A stretch of 64,000 nucleotides of DNA from a virus, in IMG/VR virus record IMGVR_UViG_3300045806_000063, positions 32,001-96,000 of that record. One strand, given 5' to 3'. The notes below the pieces were generated by a model that saw nothing but the letters and a program-made list of their open reading frames with translations, ran no database searches and had not been told where the DNA came from. A program made the position numbers and the translations under genes. Shown piece by piece: positions 8,831 to 18,705 of this stretch; positions within the stretch are counted from its first letter, which is position 1; every line of letters starts with the position of its first letter.

Positions 8831-11632
8831 ATGGCCAAAACACCAGTGCGGATTAGATCAGCTTCATCTGATAACTCACCATCCACAAAAGAAGCATTAA
8901 AACGATGGGATGTTATAAAGATCCCAGTAGGCGATCTAGTTACCCCAGACCAGACCAGACATATAGTCAATGATGTTTTAGCAGCCCATCCTCACTTAAA
9001 TGCTATGGCACAAAAACATGCCGAGCAATATGAGGATTCAGAACAAATATACAAACTATGCCCTGACCTTGAGAAGGCAACAGATACGCTGGTAAGCAAC
9101 ATATTATCCCCGACCGATCTAAAGCAAGGGGATTTAAGTATAGGTATTCATCCTGACGCTCCAGCTGAAATGTCTGAGATGGTTAGGAAACATTTCAGTA
9201 CGGATGAAGGATATAACCTAAATAAGAATCTAGCCGAAACTATTAAAACTGCATTAGTTAAAGTCGGTGCGGATGTCAGGATTCCAATTCCGCCCAGTGC
9301 TATCAGCAATGTCATACATCAGAATACTTACGGACTTGAGTCTCTAGGTTCTACTTTGAGCATGACAGATGGTGACGATTTACAGTTACCCCTTATAGGT
9401 TACGTTGGTACTGGTAATATGTATAAGGATGGCCCTATAGCGTCTACAGGGCTAGAGAGTGCACTGAGTGATATGGGGAAAGCTCTTATTGATGGAGATA
9501 ACGACAAACGTAAAAAAGAGATTAGATCAGTAAATAAGGTTCTGCAGGATGAACGAGAAGCTCTATTGAAAAATGCTGGAGAAAAGCCATTAGTAGAGAT
9601 TACTGATAACCCAGGGTATTTAATTTACGGTCAGTTAAAAACTAACATTTCTGAATACAATCTTGATAACCTATCAGCTAATGCCTGGGGATTGGAATCT
9701 AATACTCCGACTAAATTAAATAACTCACCAGGGAATAAAACTGGTGATTTAAAAGAATATCGGGATCATACAGTAAAGCTACTACCTTATATCAAGTTAA
9801 TGTTTGATAGAAAGGATAGTGAAGAAAATAACCCAATTGTACTACATCCTGTAGCTTCTGCAGTAATACCTGTTCTTAATCCATCCACTAGGAAGCCTGT
9901 AGGTTTCTATCTGTTAACTGACGTAGATGGACATCCGTTACGGCCACATATGTACATGAACAGATTCAGACAGTTGTCAGAACGTCTGGATAGGAATGTT
10001 CGAGAACAGTCATCTAATGTCAGTTATTCTTTTGGTGTATCATACCCTAGTACTAATAACTTTGCAAGCACTGAACGTAGTAATGCTGCAATTTTATTAT
10101 CAGCCTATGAAGAGCTGATGGAAGAGGAATTAAGATCTGCTATTTTAAAGGGTAAAACCGGGATGGTGGTAGATATAGCTAAGGTAGATGCTGTATATCG
10201 GATGATGTTTGCTAGACAGTTAGCTAAACAAAGGACTAGAATTATCTATATCTCTGCAGAGAAAGTAAATTACTGGGCATATAACTATACTGAGGAGGGG
10301 GTAGGTGAATCCCTTATTGAAAAGACTAAGATCTACTCTTCATTAAGAGCTACATTGATGTATGCTAATTTAATGGGAGCTATAAAGTCTGCCATTAATA
10401 GAACGCTTGTCACAGTTACCCTAGATGATAACGAGGTAGACCCTAGAGGTACTGTTGAACTGTTATTGAATGAGATGGCAGGACTGATGTCTAATGGTTA
10501 CCCATTCGGTAAATATCAAAATGCCGATATCGTTGATAGCTTATTAAAATCAGGTACACAAGTACAAGTAAATGGGGGTAAATACCCTAACACTAAAGTT
10601 GAATTGGTAGATAGTAAACGCGATGTAACCCCTCCATCCCAAGAACTCCAAGACTATCTTAAAGAAATCCAATACCAAGGTTTTGGTGTATCGCTAGAAT
10701 TGATAGAAAAAGCTAGCAGTATAGATTTTGCAGCAGAGATAGATTCGATAAATTTAATGCAGTCTAAACTCATGGATGCTAAACGCATTATCACTTGTGT
10801 GGAAGCTGCAGATTTCATTAAGAAATATTTACGCTGTGGTGGTAAGTTTTATAATGAATTAAAAGCTACACTAGAGTCAAATAAGTCAAAACTAACTATG
10901 GATGAGTTTATAGCTGCATTAACAGTTATACTCCCTACAGCAGATGCGGCTAGACATGATGCGCAGTATAAAGCATATCAAGCCTATGTAACGTTTATAA
11001 CTGATGCTATTTCAGCAGTGGTATCTGAAACTGAATTAACTGGAATGATGAAAGGTGATAACATACCGAACCAGATAGCTGCATTAAAAGAAATATATAT
11101 CAATGAATTAAAACGAAGATATCTTAAATCAAGAAATATACTCCCTGAACTATTTGATTTAATAAACGACGTTGATGGAGCAGGGAAATCAGCCATCGAG
11201 GAACATATCAAAACTATGGCAGAAGCAGTTGGAACCTATTCTAGATATGCAGCAAAAGCTGAACATACTCAGGATGAAAAAGATAAAGCACAGGAAGATC
11301 TGCTTAACCCACCACCTCCTGAAGAAACTGACGAAGGTGTCGATAATGGAGATGGAGGTGAGAACCCTGATGAAACCACTCCAGATGACGGAAGCACTGA
11401 TGATATGGGTGGCGGAGATGAAGAACTGCCAGACTTAGGAGATGAGGGAGAGACTCCAGACGATGGTACTACGGATGAAGAAACTCCTGCCGATGAAGGA
11501 ACTCCACCAGAGGAAATTACCTCTGATGAAACAACCACAGGCAATGATGAAGATGAAGAGGAAGCAGAAACACCTGAGAAACCTGCTAAGGGTGCCGACA
11601 AGGATATTGATAAAGGTAATAAGAAAGATTAA
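8831..11632 (+). CDS. Portal protein (phiKZ gp129-like) with acidic C-terminal tail
   Basis: 933 aa; LVSNILSPTDL and GVGESLIEK segments; position next to gp128-like gene; three GLES putative maturation sites. Confidence 0.72.
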   Translation: MAKTPVRIRSASSDNSPSTKEALKRWDVIKIPVGDLVTPDQTRHIVNDVLAAHPHLNAMAQKHAEQYEDSEQIYKLCPDLEKATDTLVSNILSPTDLKQGDLSIGIHPDAPAEMSEMVRKHFSTDEGYNLNKNLAETIKTALVKVGADVRIPIPPSAISNVIHQNTYGLESLGSTLSMTDGDDLQLPLIGYVGTGNMYKDGPIASTGLESALSDMGKALIDGDNDKRKKEIRSVNKVLQDEREALLKNAGEKPLVEITDNPGYLIYGQLKTNISEYNLDNLSANAWGLESNTPTKLNNSPGNKTGDLKEYRDHTVKLLPYIKLMFDRKDSEENNPIVLHPVASAVIPVLNPSTRKPVGFYLLTDVDGHPLRPHMYMNRFRQLSERLDRNVREQSSNVSYSFGVSYPSTNNFASTERSNAAILLSAYEELMEEELRSAILKGKTGMVVDIAKVDAVYRMMFARQLAKQRTRIIYISAEKVNYWAYNYTEEGVGESLIEKTKIYSSLRATLMYANLMGAIKSAINRTLVTVTLDDNEVDPRGTVELLLNEMAGLMSNGYPFGKYQNADIVDSLLKSGTQVQVNGGKYPNTKVELVDSKRDVTPPSQELQDYLKEIQYQGFGVSLELIEKASSIDFAAEIDSINLMQSKLMDAKRIITCVEAADFIKKYLRCGGKFYNELKATLESNKSKLTMDEFIAALTVILPTADAARHDAQYKAYQAYVTFITDAISAVVSETELTGMMKGDNIPNQIAALKEIYINELKRRYLKSRNILPELFDLINDVDGAGKSAIEEHIKTMAEAVGTYSRYAAKAEHTQDEKDKAQEDLLNPPPPEETDEGVDNGDGGENPDETTPDDGSTDDMGGGDEELPDLGDEGETPDDGTTDEETPADEGTPPEEITSDETTTGNDEDEEEAETPEKPAKGADKDIDKGNKKD

Positions 11633-11650
11633 CTCTAGGTAATTTAAAAC

Positions 11651-11660
11651 ATATATTATC
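11651..11660 (+). promoter_or_regulatory. Putative early promoter motif ATATATTATC
   Basis: One of six intergenic + strand copies; preceded by tttaaaac. Confidence 0.6.
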
Positions 11661-11782
11661 TATAAGCTGTAGTACCTAACCTATCATATTAGAGGTGATG
11701 TATCATGTAAAAATAAAGGTTCGAAATAATCTGGGGGAAGCTATATGCCACTTCCTCCTTTGTCTATCACAGAGGTATAAAA

Positions 11783-12382
11783 ATGAAGATACTGCTATTA
11801 GCATTGTTAATTTTACTCAGTCCTAACTTATGGGCTAGTAAAGTTAACAATTCGGGTACTGTATTTAATGATTACAAAAGTGTCATTAAGACCCAAAAGT
11901 ACGATTCACTATTTAAGAAACATGAGGGAAAAGTACACCCTCATTTAAATCGTCACATGTTAAAGGCGATGGCTATAGTTGAATCCCGTCTAAACCCTAA
12001 AGCTGTTTCAAAGGAACATGCTAGAGGACTAATGCAAATTACACCTAGTACTTGGCGTTTAATAGTCAAACAAGACAAATCAATACCCATACGTGGGTAC
12101 TTTGATCCTAACTATTCTATATTAGCAGCAGTGACGCTACTACATATTGAATTAAACACTTTAGAGCATTTGCCTAATGGGCCTAATAAAGTGGATGTCT
12201 TGCTGGCTGCATACAACGCGGGAGGAGGGAATGTATCAAAAGCGATGGATAAATGTAACTCCAGGGCCTTCATGGCATTTAAACGCTGTTTACCGTCTGT
12301 GACAGGGAAGTCAAATGCTAAACAGACTGTTAACTATGTACAGGCTGTTAATGCAGTTTACAATGAACTAAGAAAAGAATAA
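11783..12382 (+). CDS. Lytic transglycosylase (SLT domain) with N-terminal signal peptide
   Basis: MKILLLALLILLSPNLWA leader; IVES (catalytic E), GLMQI, AAYNAG motifs. Confidence 0.9.
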   Translation: MKILLLALLILLSPNLWASKVNNSGTVFNDYKSVIKTQKYDSLFKKHEGKVHPHLNRHMLKAMAIVESRLNPKAVSKEHARGLMQITPSTWRLIVKQDKSIPIRGYFDPNYSILAAVTLLHIELNTLEHLPNGPNKVDVLLAAYNAGGGNVSKAMDKCNSRAFMAFKRCLPSVTGKSNAKQTVNYVQAVNAVYNELRKE

Positions 12383-12408
12383 CCCACTTACTTATAGGCT
12401 ATTAACAA

Positions 12409-12639
12409 ATGGACAATTATACACTAACCCTCAGTAATGTATTTACTCAGCTTCTTATCGAGGCTTTGAACAAAGCTCCACTGCCTCGCATCTATACAGG
12501 ACCTTTGTTGCAGGAGTTATATCAACAAATTGGTTTACAGGAGCAGGCATACAAACAGACACTGGCTGATGAACTTGCTAAGAAACAGCAAGAAGCTGCA
12601 GAAGATGCTCAACAAAAACAAATGCTCCTAGATCAGTAA
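12409..12639 (+). CDS. Small helical protein, possible fibre-assembly chaperone
   Basis: 76 aa; L/Q-rich coiled coil; the frame stays open past its TAA (see findings). Confidence 0.6.
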   Translation: MDNYTLTLSNVFTQLLIEALNKAPLPRIYTGPLLQELYQQIGLQEQAYKQTLADELAKKQQEAAEDAQQKQMLLDQ

Positions 12640-12801
12640 TTAGTTAGAGATCCAGAGCCTGAACCTGATGTACCAAGAACTGCACTAGATGCAGCGCTGG
12701 ATGACATACGAGCTGAAATGGCTCAGAAATATGATGCTGGGTTTGAAACAAAACAGGACTTTAGATTTGCCATATGGGCTCGCCTTAACGATACGATCTA
12801 A
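12640..12801 (+). other. 53-codon in-frame continuation after the TAA of the 12409 ORF
   Basis: Translates LVRDPEPEPDVPRTALDAALDDIRAEMAQKYDAGFETKQDFRFAIWARLNDTI*; no SD and start at its 5' end; ends 14 bp before the palindrome. Confidence 0.45.
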
Positions 12802-12815
12802 AAATTACGTCATAT

Positions 12816-12847
12816 ATCACCTTACCCTGCTAGCAGGGTAAGGTGAT
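12816..12847. terminator. Perfect 32-bp palindrome between convergent genes
   Basis: atcaccttaccctgct|agcagggtaaggtgat. Confidence 0.8.
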
Positions 12848-12876
12848 TGTTAAGTGGTTATTTTTTTTTTAGTTCA

Positions 12877-15456
12877 TTATGGCCGTAAGTAGTATGGTAT
12901 CAGTATATCAGTTCCATTCAAGTTAAACACTAGGTAATTTTCTGGAGTAGCAGGAAGAGCAGCACTAGTACCAGCGGCAGCAGCCGTAGCAGTACTTGAA
13001 CCTATAGATAGTCCGCCGCCAGCCATTACTACTGTTCCTGATGGCATCTCTACGATTAAGTTTCTAGACAATGTAATCGTACCATCCACTGCTGGAACAT
13101 TTTGTACAATGGAGAGAATTGACGTATTCTCAGGCACTCCTAATCCTTTAACAGGGAGGTTATTAGTAAGACCAGTTACATCAGTTACAGTTATTACATT
13201 TTGTTCACTAGCGGCGTTAGAGTTCGTAGTTATGTTTATTGCCGCAGCTACTGGAGCCGTAGCAGATTGTACTACCACTTGATTTGAAAATAAGCCATTT
13301 CCTAATAAATATAACCATCCTTGTCCTGTAGTAGGACCGCCTCCTGCTGCTGCTAAGAGTACGTCGTAGGTAGGATTGCCACTACTATAGAATGCAATGG
13401 CTGGGTTACTAGCTACGCTATGAGACCCGATATTCATGGTGGCTCCAGCTCCATTTAGATTAAAAGCATTAACCCCTGCATAATCCAGAATGACTCCAGA
13501 ACTATTTACATTAAATGCTCCAGGTATAGTTATTCCCTCACAGACAATATTTCCGCTAGTAATAAATGAACCGTCAGTTAGGAATCCTGCAACTGTAGAA
13601 TTAGTTGATAAATCAACTATGTTAATAGCCCCACGACTTACCCCATCTACAACCTCAGTACCAAAGTCAATCCCAGCACCATGTGAGACTCCTGCTGATG
13701 AAGTAGCAGAACTTGAAATACGGGAAGTAACTACATTGTTATTATCGTACCATTCCATAGCATGATTTCTACCAAATGCAATTGCTGTTCCTCTACCGTT
13801 ATCAAAGCCATTAGTTCCAGCGATAGCAAAGTTAGAAAAGATGATACCTTTATCAAAATTAGAAGTAGGTGTAGGTTTTCCATCGTTAGAGTTAATATGG
13901 AGTGCGGCGGAGGCAGTTCCTACATTGTAATGGTCTGCTAATTCTCCGCCGGAAGCTAATGCTAAACCCACAGTCATTCCATTGGATATCATTGCAAATG
14001 GATAGATTGGTACAGTGTTACCCATATTGGCTATATCTAACTCTGCTACGAGTAGTCCTCCGCCTACGTATGGGTCTCTGACTGCGCTACCATAATAAAC
14101 CCATCCGTCTGGTGTTTCTCCAAGATAAGCATAGATGTTAGCTCCATCTGGAATTATAGCGGTCAGATCACTAGATAATGTAATTGATACGTCTGGCTCT
14201 ATTGCAATTATTTTAGCATTGCCTTGTATTCCAGGACCGCCCACACCTTGTCCAACTGATACCCCTACTGTGCTGGTAACTGCTATCACCGGCTGCCCTG
14301 AAGCTGCTTCAATGCTAGTAGTCAGAGTAATGTCACCACCCCCTTCGGCTCCTAAGTTATTATTCCAAAAGAAACCAGAATAAGGGATGTTAGCAGTACC
14401 TGGATTATCAGGAGCGCCAGCTGATTGAGATCCAGAAAATATACCAATTTGGTTAATAGAACCTAGGACATTAAAGGCGCTAGCTTCAGGAAGATATGCG
14501 TATGGTTTAATTGTTGATCCGCCGCTGGTATAACTGTAAGCAGTATCAACCCAGGTGTTAGTTAGAGCTCCAAACTTTACAATTTTATCATGCTGTGAAA
14601 ATCCCCCTGCACCAGTAAAGAATACCCCATCTTCAATTAACCAGGTAGTATTTGTTCCAGCTACCGCACTATTTAAATGATAAGTTCCTGGAGATACAAG
14701 AACAAAACTATTACTTACTGTACTATTAGCAAAAGCTGTATCTGATGCAGTTACGCCACTTGGGTCCGCTCCTCGTGTGATTGGATTAACAGTGTATGGA
14801 GTATTAGAATCCAGATTGCCTAACACTGAATTCAGATTAGCAATTTGTGTTTTAAGAGTGTTTATATCAGATACATTAGTTGCTTGGATGTTAGCTAGGT
14901 TATTAAGTTTATTTGCTAAAAACATACCTGACTGCACTGGAGCACGTCTACCAGTCAAAGCATCTTCTACCTTTTGTAAAGCTGTAGTAACAGCAGTGAC
15001 ACCATCCAGATCCATAATAGAGTGTGGATGATTTGGCACTGGAGGATATTGCTGAGGTCTGTTAACTGTATTAAAGAAATCTATATCGGTAGGAGGAACA
15101 GAAAGCAATTGCAGAATCTGCAATGCTAGAGCATCTGAGTTACCTTCTGGTCCACCTACTGCTTGATAAGTCAGAGCAACATTACCTGATAAGGTAGGGT
15201 TGATTATCTTTATCCCAGTATATGCAGGTCGTCCAGTTAAACGATTTACACTAGCACTGTAACCTATTAAGATGTAGTCTACTCCTAGTGTCAGAAGCGT
15301 GCTAGATGGCAATGATACTACCACCATCGAATCCCTATAGAACAGTCCTTGTTCAGTGATTATAGCAGCTCCTGGACTTAAAATAACCGCATGTATCTCA
15401 TTAGGAACTAGATTACTTATCGCAGCCCCTGTATTATCAAATGGTAATAAAATCAT
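12877..15456 (-). CDS. Tail fibre/tailspike: gp131-family anchor plus beta-helix-like receptor-binding region
   Basis: N-term LPFDNTG...N...E.H; TYQAVGG; pectate-lyase-type start VNPITRGADPSGVTASDTAF; C-term LPATPENYLVFNLNGTDILIPYY. Confidence 0.75.
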   Translation of the reverse strand: MILLPFDNTGAAISNLVPNEIHAVILSPGAAIITEQGLFYRDSMVVVSLPSSTLLTLGVDYILIGYSASVNRLTGRPAYTGIKIINPTLSGNVALTYQAVGGPEGNSDALALQILQLLSVPPTDIDFFNTVNRPQQYPPVPNHPHSIMDLDGVTAVTTALQKVEDALTGRRAPVQSGMFLANKLNNLANIQATNVSDINTLKTQIANLNSVLGNLDSNTPYTVNPITRGADPSGVTASDTAFANSTVSNSFVLVSPGTYHLNSAVAGTNTTWLIEDGVFFTGAGGFSQHDKIVKFGALTNTWVDTAYSYTSGGSTIKPYAYLPEASAFNVLGSINQIGIFSGSQSAGAPDNPGTANIPYSGFFWNNNLGAEGGGDITLTTSIEAASGQPVIAVTSTVGVSVGQGVGGPGIQGNAKIIAIEPDVSITLSSDLTAIIPDGANIYAYLGETPDGWVYYGSAVRDPYVGGGLLVAELDIANMGNTVPIYPFAMISNGMTVGLALASGGELADHYNVGTASAALHINSNDGKPTPTSNFDKGIIFSNFAIAGTNGFDNGRGTAIAFGRNHAMEWYDNNNVVTSRISSSATSSAGVSHGAGIDFGTEVVDGVSRGAINIVDLSTNSTVAGFLTDGSFITSGNIVCEGITIPGAFNVNSSGVILDYAGVNAFNLNGAGATMNIGSHSVASNPAIAFYSSGNPTYDVLLAAAGGGPTTGQGWLYLLGNGLFSNQVVVQSATAPVAAAINITTNSNAASEQNVITVTDVTGLTNNLPVKGLGVPENTSILSIVQNVPAVDGTITLSRNLIVEMPSGTVVMAGGGLSIGSSTATAAAAGTSAALPATPENYLVFNLNGTDILIPYYLRP

Positions 15457-15518
15457 TATACTCTCCCTTAGAGCAATTAATAAATCGTTAACATATTTAT
15501 TTCAAGCATTTTATACCT

Positions 15519-15554
15519 TATCATCCTCTGGCATATATATGCCAGAGGATGATA
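15519..15554. terminator. Perfect 36-bp palindrome
   Basis: tatcatcctctggcatat|atatgccagaggatgata. Confidence 0.75.
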
Positions 15555-15563
15555 TCATTAATA

Positions 15564-17639
15564 TTAAAAATCTCTATCTACAGACACGGTGTAACTCCAG
15601 TCGGCCATACTGGTAACGGCCGATGCAATGCCGGTTAGCTTATTTACCACTCCTAATATACTAGGAGGGCTGGATACATCAATTCTAGAAACATAAGCCG
15701 AATATGGACTGGTATAATCAGCTGCCACCTTAGATGCTTGTATGTAAGAGGTGTTTGTGGTGGCGGTAAACGTAAATACATAACCAGTTATACCAAACGA
15801 GATAGTGATAGCCCCACCAGATAGATCACTGGCATCTATGGCTGTACCTACCATAATTGTAGTTGAGTTACCTTCCGGTATTCCAGTTGCCGTAGTGTCA
15901 ATGGCAACTGTATAGGTTATTCCTGGGACGGTTGTTAAAGCTTGATAAATTGCAGTAGTTGATGTACTACCGGCGAATGAAGCGTCTAATCCTACAGCGT
16001 TTCCCGGCGCTGGGGACATTGATAGCATAGAGATATGGGCGGAAGTGGTATCTCCTGTTAATGCATAGTTCCAATTGAGTGGGAAGATTATACTACCGAC
16101 ACCTGTCGAATCAGTAAAGATATGATTCGCTACAAGGTTATTTGTTTCAGGACTTAAACCAGAAATATTAAATCCCACTTGTAAACTATCATACCATAAT
16201 GCTGCAGGTAGCCATATAGGGGTCAAGGTTGCTCCACTCAGTTGGGTATAACATAGTAGTGGATTACTGACAACATCACCAGAAGAGTAACCACTTTCAG
16301 CATTAATGCAAGTCATGGATAGTTGCACATTTAAATTGCTATATCCTAAATTATGAGTTAGCGTCGCTGTAACACTAGTTGGTTCCCCTACAACTGGCAC
16401 AGATTCAAATGTTCCAGCGATAGCATAAGTGAGTACAGAATCTATTGTAGTAGGACCTACTGTAACTTCACCTACACATATACTGGGTTTTGTCACGACT
16501 CCATCTAAATACCAGAGTCCAGAAGTTGCAACGTATAACATCTGTCCAGCGGTAGTGGTACTAGGGGTGCCTGACTTGATATAGATTGGGGATAAATCAA
16601 AGCTACTATATAACAAAGTCCCATCAGTCGCTATCTGAACAAAAAGATACTTATGAGAATTTAGATCAGTTAGAGTCCAAGCCGTATCCACATCCGCAGA
16701 TATTGTAATGACTTTATTAATGGCTCCGTGATAATTATAGCCATCGGGAATCGATAATGTTAAAGGAACTTCAGTACCATAAATACCAATATTAAGACTA
16801 GCTGATTTAAATAGAAAAGGCAGTCCTGTATTACTATCCCCTAGACCATTTAACACTATGCAGCGTTTATTGGAACTAGAGTAAGGGTTTGCACCTAATA
16901 ATCCACTATCAGTTATCGCTGTATTTAATGCCGTAACAGTAGTGACAGCAGTTGATAATTCATCTACCGTTAACCCTGCCTGAGCCATGGACACTAACCA
17001 GTTTTGAAAACTACTATTTAACACACTGTAAGTAGATTCAAGATTCTGATATGCAGTAGCTAACTCTCTAACTACTCCATTCGGAGCTGTCATATTGTTA
17101 CCAATCGCTTCTAACTGTTTACCTAATACGAACACGTTAGCAGTTTGTGACAACAGATCTGTGATTTTTTGATTAGCTGTTACAGCCCCATCACCAACCA
17201 GACCTTGCCAGATTGTTAAATTGGCTGTATCAAAACTACCTAATGCTAAAATCTCTTCTAACAGTACAGTGTCTTTCACTCCACCTACGGCTTGGTAAGT
17301 AACGGTAACACTAGTCCATGCAGTTCTATTTTGTAATAGAAAGTAGGTATATGCTTCAAGTCCACACAGATTAAAGATAATAGCAAATACTGGAGACAAC
17401 ATATAGTCAGCGCCATAGACTAATTCGCGAGTAGCCCCACCTACTGTCTCTACGCCAGTTATAGTTAAGCCTAAAGCATAGAAAGGGCCGTTAGCAGTAA
17501 ATATAGCTGCAGATCCAGATACTGGCGTAGTTTCATCTACTACCTTATTAGCTACATTCGTTCCAGTTGAATCAAACGTGTATGTAATAGTACCAGCCAT
17601 TACTCCACTGGCAAAATACCCATCTAAAATATCACTCAT
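15564..17639 (-). CDS. Tail fibre protein: gp131-family anchor plus C-terminal carbohydrate-binding-like beta sandwich
   Basis: TYTFDSTG...N...E; GPFY; TYQAVGG; C-term IYQALTTVPGITYTV...FTFTAT pattern. Confidence 0.7.
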   Translation of the reverse strand: MSDILDGYFASGVMAGTITYTFDSTGTNVANKVVDETTPVSGSAAIFTANGPFYALGLTITGVETVGGATRELVYGADYMLSPVFAIIFNLCGLEAYTYFLLQNRTAWTSVTVTYQAVGGVKDTVLLEEILALGSFDTANLTIWQGLVGDGAVTANQKITDLLSQTANVFVLGKQLEAIGNNMTAPNGVVRELATAYQNLESTYSVLNSSFQNWLVSMAQAGLTVDELSTAVTTVTALNTAITDSGLLGANPYSSSNKRCIVLNGLGDSNTGLPFLFKSASLNIGIYGTEVPLTLSIPDGYNYHGAINKVITISADVDTAWTLTDLNSHKYLFVQIATDGTLLYSSFDLSPIYIKSGTPSTTTAGQMLYVATSGLWYLDGVVTKPSICVGEVTVGPTTIDSVLTYAIAGTFESVPVVGEPTSVTATLTHNLGYSNLNVQLSMTCINAESGYSSGDVVSNPLLCYTQLSGATLTPIWLPAALWYDSLQVGFNISGLSPETNNLVANHIFTDSTGVGSIIFPLNWNYALTGDTTSAHISMLSMSPAPGNAVGLDASFAGSTSTTAIYQALTTVPGITYTVAIDTTATGIPEGNSTTIMVGTAIDASDLSGGAITISFGITGYVFTFTATTNTSYIQASKVAADYTSPYSAYVSRIDVSSPPSILGVVNKLTGIASAVTSMADWSYTVSVDRDF

Positions 17640-17652
17640 TTCATTATCCTCA

Positions 17653-18627
17653 TTATTTATATCTGATGCAGAAAGTTACTTGAAGACCAGCTGCTAAGTT
17701 TTGAGTACTGGTAGGGCCGTCTGTAGTGGGGGTGGCTGGAGTAAGAGTTGTCAAGCAATTCGTCGTCCCACCGCTTTGAGGCTGAAGGCCACCCGCTAAC
17801 TGGTAGCTATGCTCGTGAGCCATTACGGCCCCGTCGGTGGGGGTACCAATAGTCCCACCTGTAAGAATTTGCACTAGTGACAATCCAGGAGTAGCAACAG
17901 GTAGTTTAAAATTGGTAATCCCATCACCGCCATAAGCATTACCAATTTTGGCAAATAATAAAGGGTAATCTGCAATCAAAAGAGAAGTTGCTGCTGTTGT
18001 TGGTAGTGCTAGAAAGCCGTCAGGAGCTACAGTGCCAAGGTATTGAATAATTTCCGCAACAGGGTTAGGAGGACTCACTCCAGAGGCAGGATTTAACAAT
18101 ATCCAATTACCATTTCTATGCTGCAGAATCATCTGGAACCCAGCACCAAAAATATCCCCTGGCACTAAAGCTTGACCAGCTCCCTTCAATATTACTTCCG
18201 GAGTAGTTTCAGGTAACTGAAAAGTTGGAATACTCGTAAGGTTTGCAGCTATTGCTTGAATTATTAGAGTGGTACATCCAGAAGCTACACTGTTAAGGTT
18301 AACAGGAAGAGTTCCAATAATGGCATCAGAGCTTCCAGTAGCTACTCCTACACTAAAACTCCCTTCTTGTATAGCTAACTTAAGGTTATCAGCGGTAGCG
18401 GTTATTGTAGCTAAAGCATCTGCAGTCTGTGTAGCAGACATATATTCTCCAGCTAATATCCCTGTCTGATCGAATATAGTTTTCCATCCATTAGTTAGTG
18501 TAGTTAAAACATTCACTTTATTATTGAGTGCAGCCACTCCACTAATGTAACGCTTTACCGTCTCTACATTAGTTTTACTTAATTCTATTAGATCATTGAT
18601 CTTATCTAAAACTTGTCCGTTTATCAT
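17653..18627 (-). CDS. Tail fibre protein with phage tail-collar domain
   Basis: IIQYLGTVAPDGFL...YPLLFAKIGNAYGGDGITNFKLP collar motif; QALVPGDI...WILLNP fibre module. Confidence 0.82.
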   Translation of the reverse strand: MINGQVLDKINDLIELSKTNVETVKRYISGVAALNNKVNVLTTLTNGWKTIFDQTGILAGEYMSATQTADALATITATADNLKLAIQEGSFSVGVATGSSDAIIGTLPVNLNSVASGCTTLIIQAIAANLTSIPTFQLPETTPEVILKGAGQALVPGDIFGAGFQMILQHRNGNWILLNPASGVSPPNPVAEIIQYLGTVAPDGFLALPTTAATSLLIADYPLLFAKIGNAYGGDGITNFKLPVATPGLSLVQILTGGTIGTPTDGAVMAHEHSYQLAGGLQPQSGGTTNCLTTLTPATPTTDGPTSTQNLAAGLQVTFCIRYK

Positions 18628-18656
18628 AATTGTTTACTCGGCAAAAGAAAAATAAG

Positions 18657-18686
18657 ATATAAAGGTAACTAATGTTACCTTTATAT
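18657..18686. terminator. Hairpin, 13-bp arms, 4-nt loop
   Basis: atataaaggtaac-taat-gttacctttatat. Confidence 0.65.
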
Positions 18687-18705
18687 ACTTTAGCAATGGT
18701 TTGAT

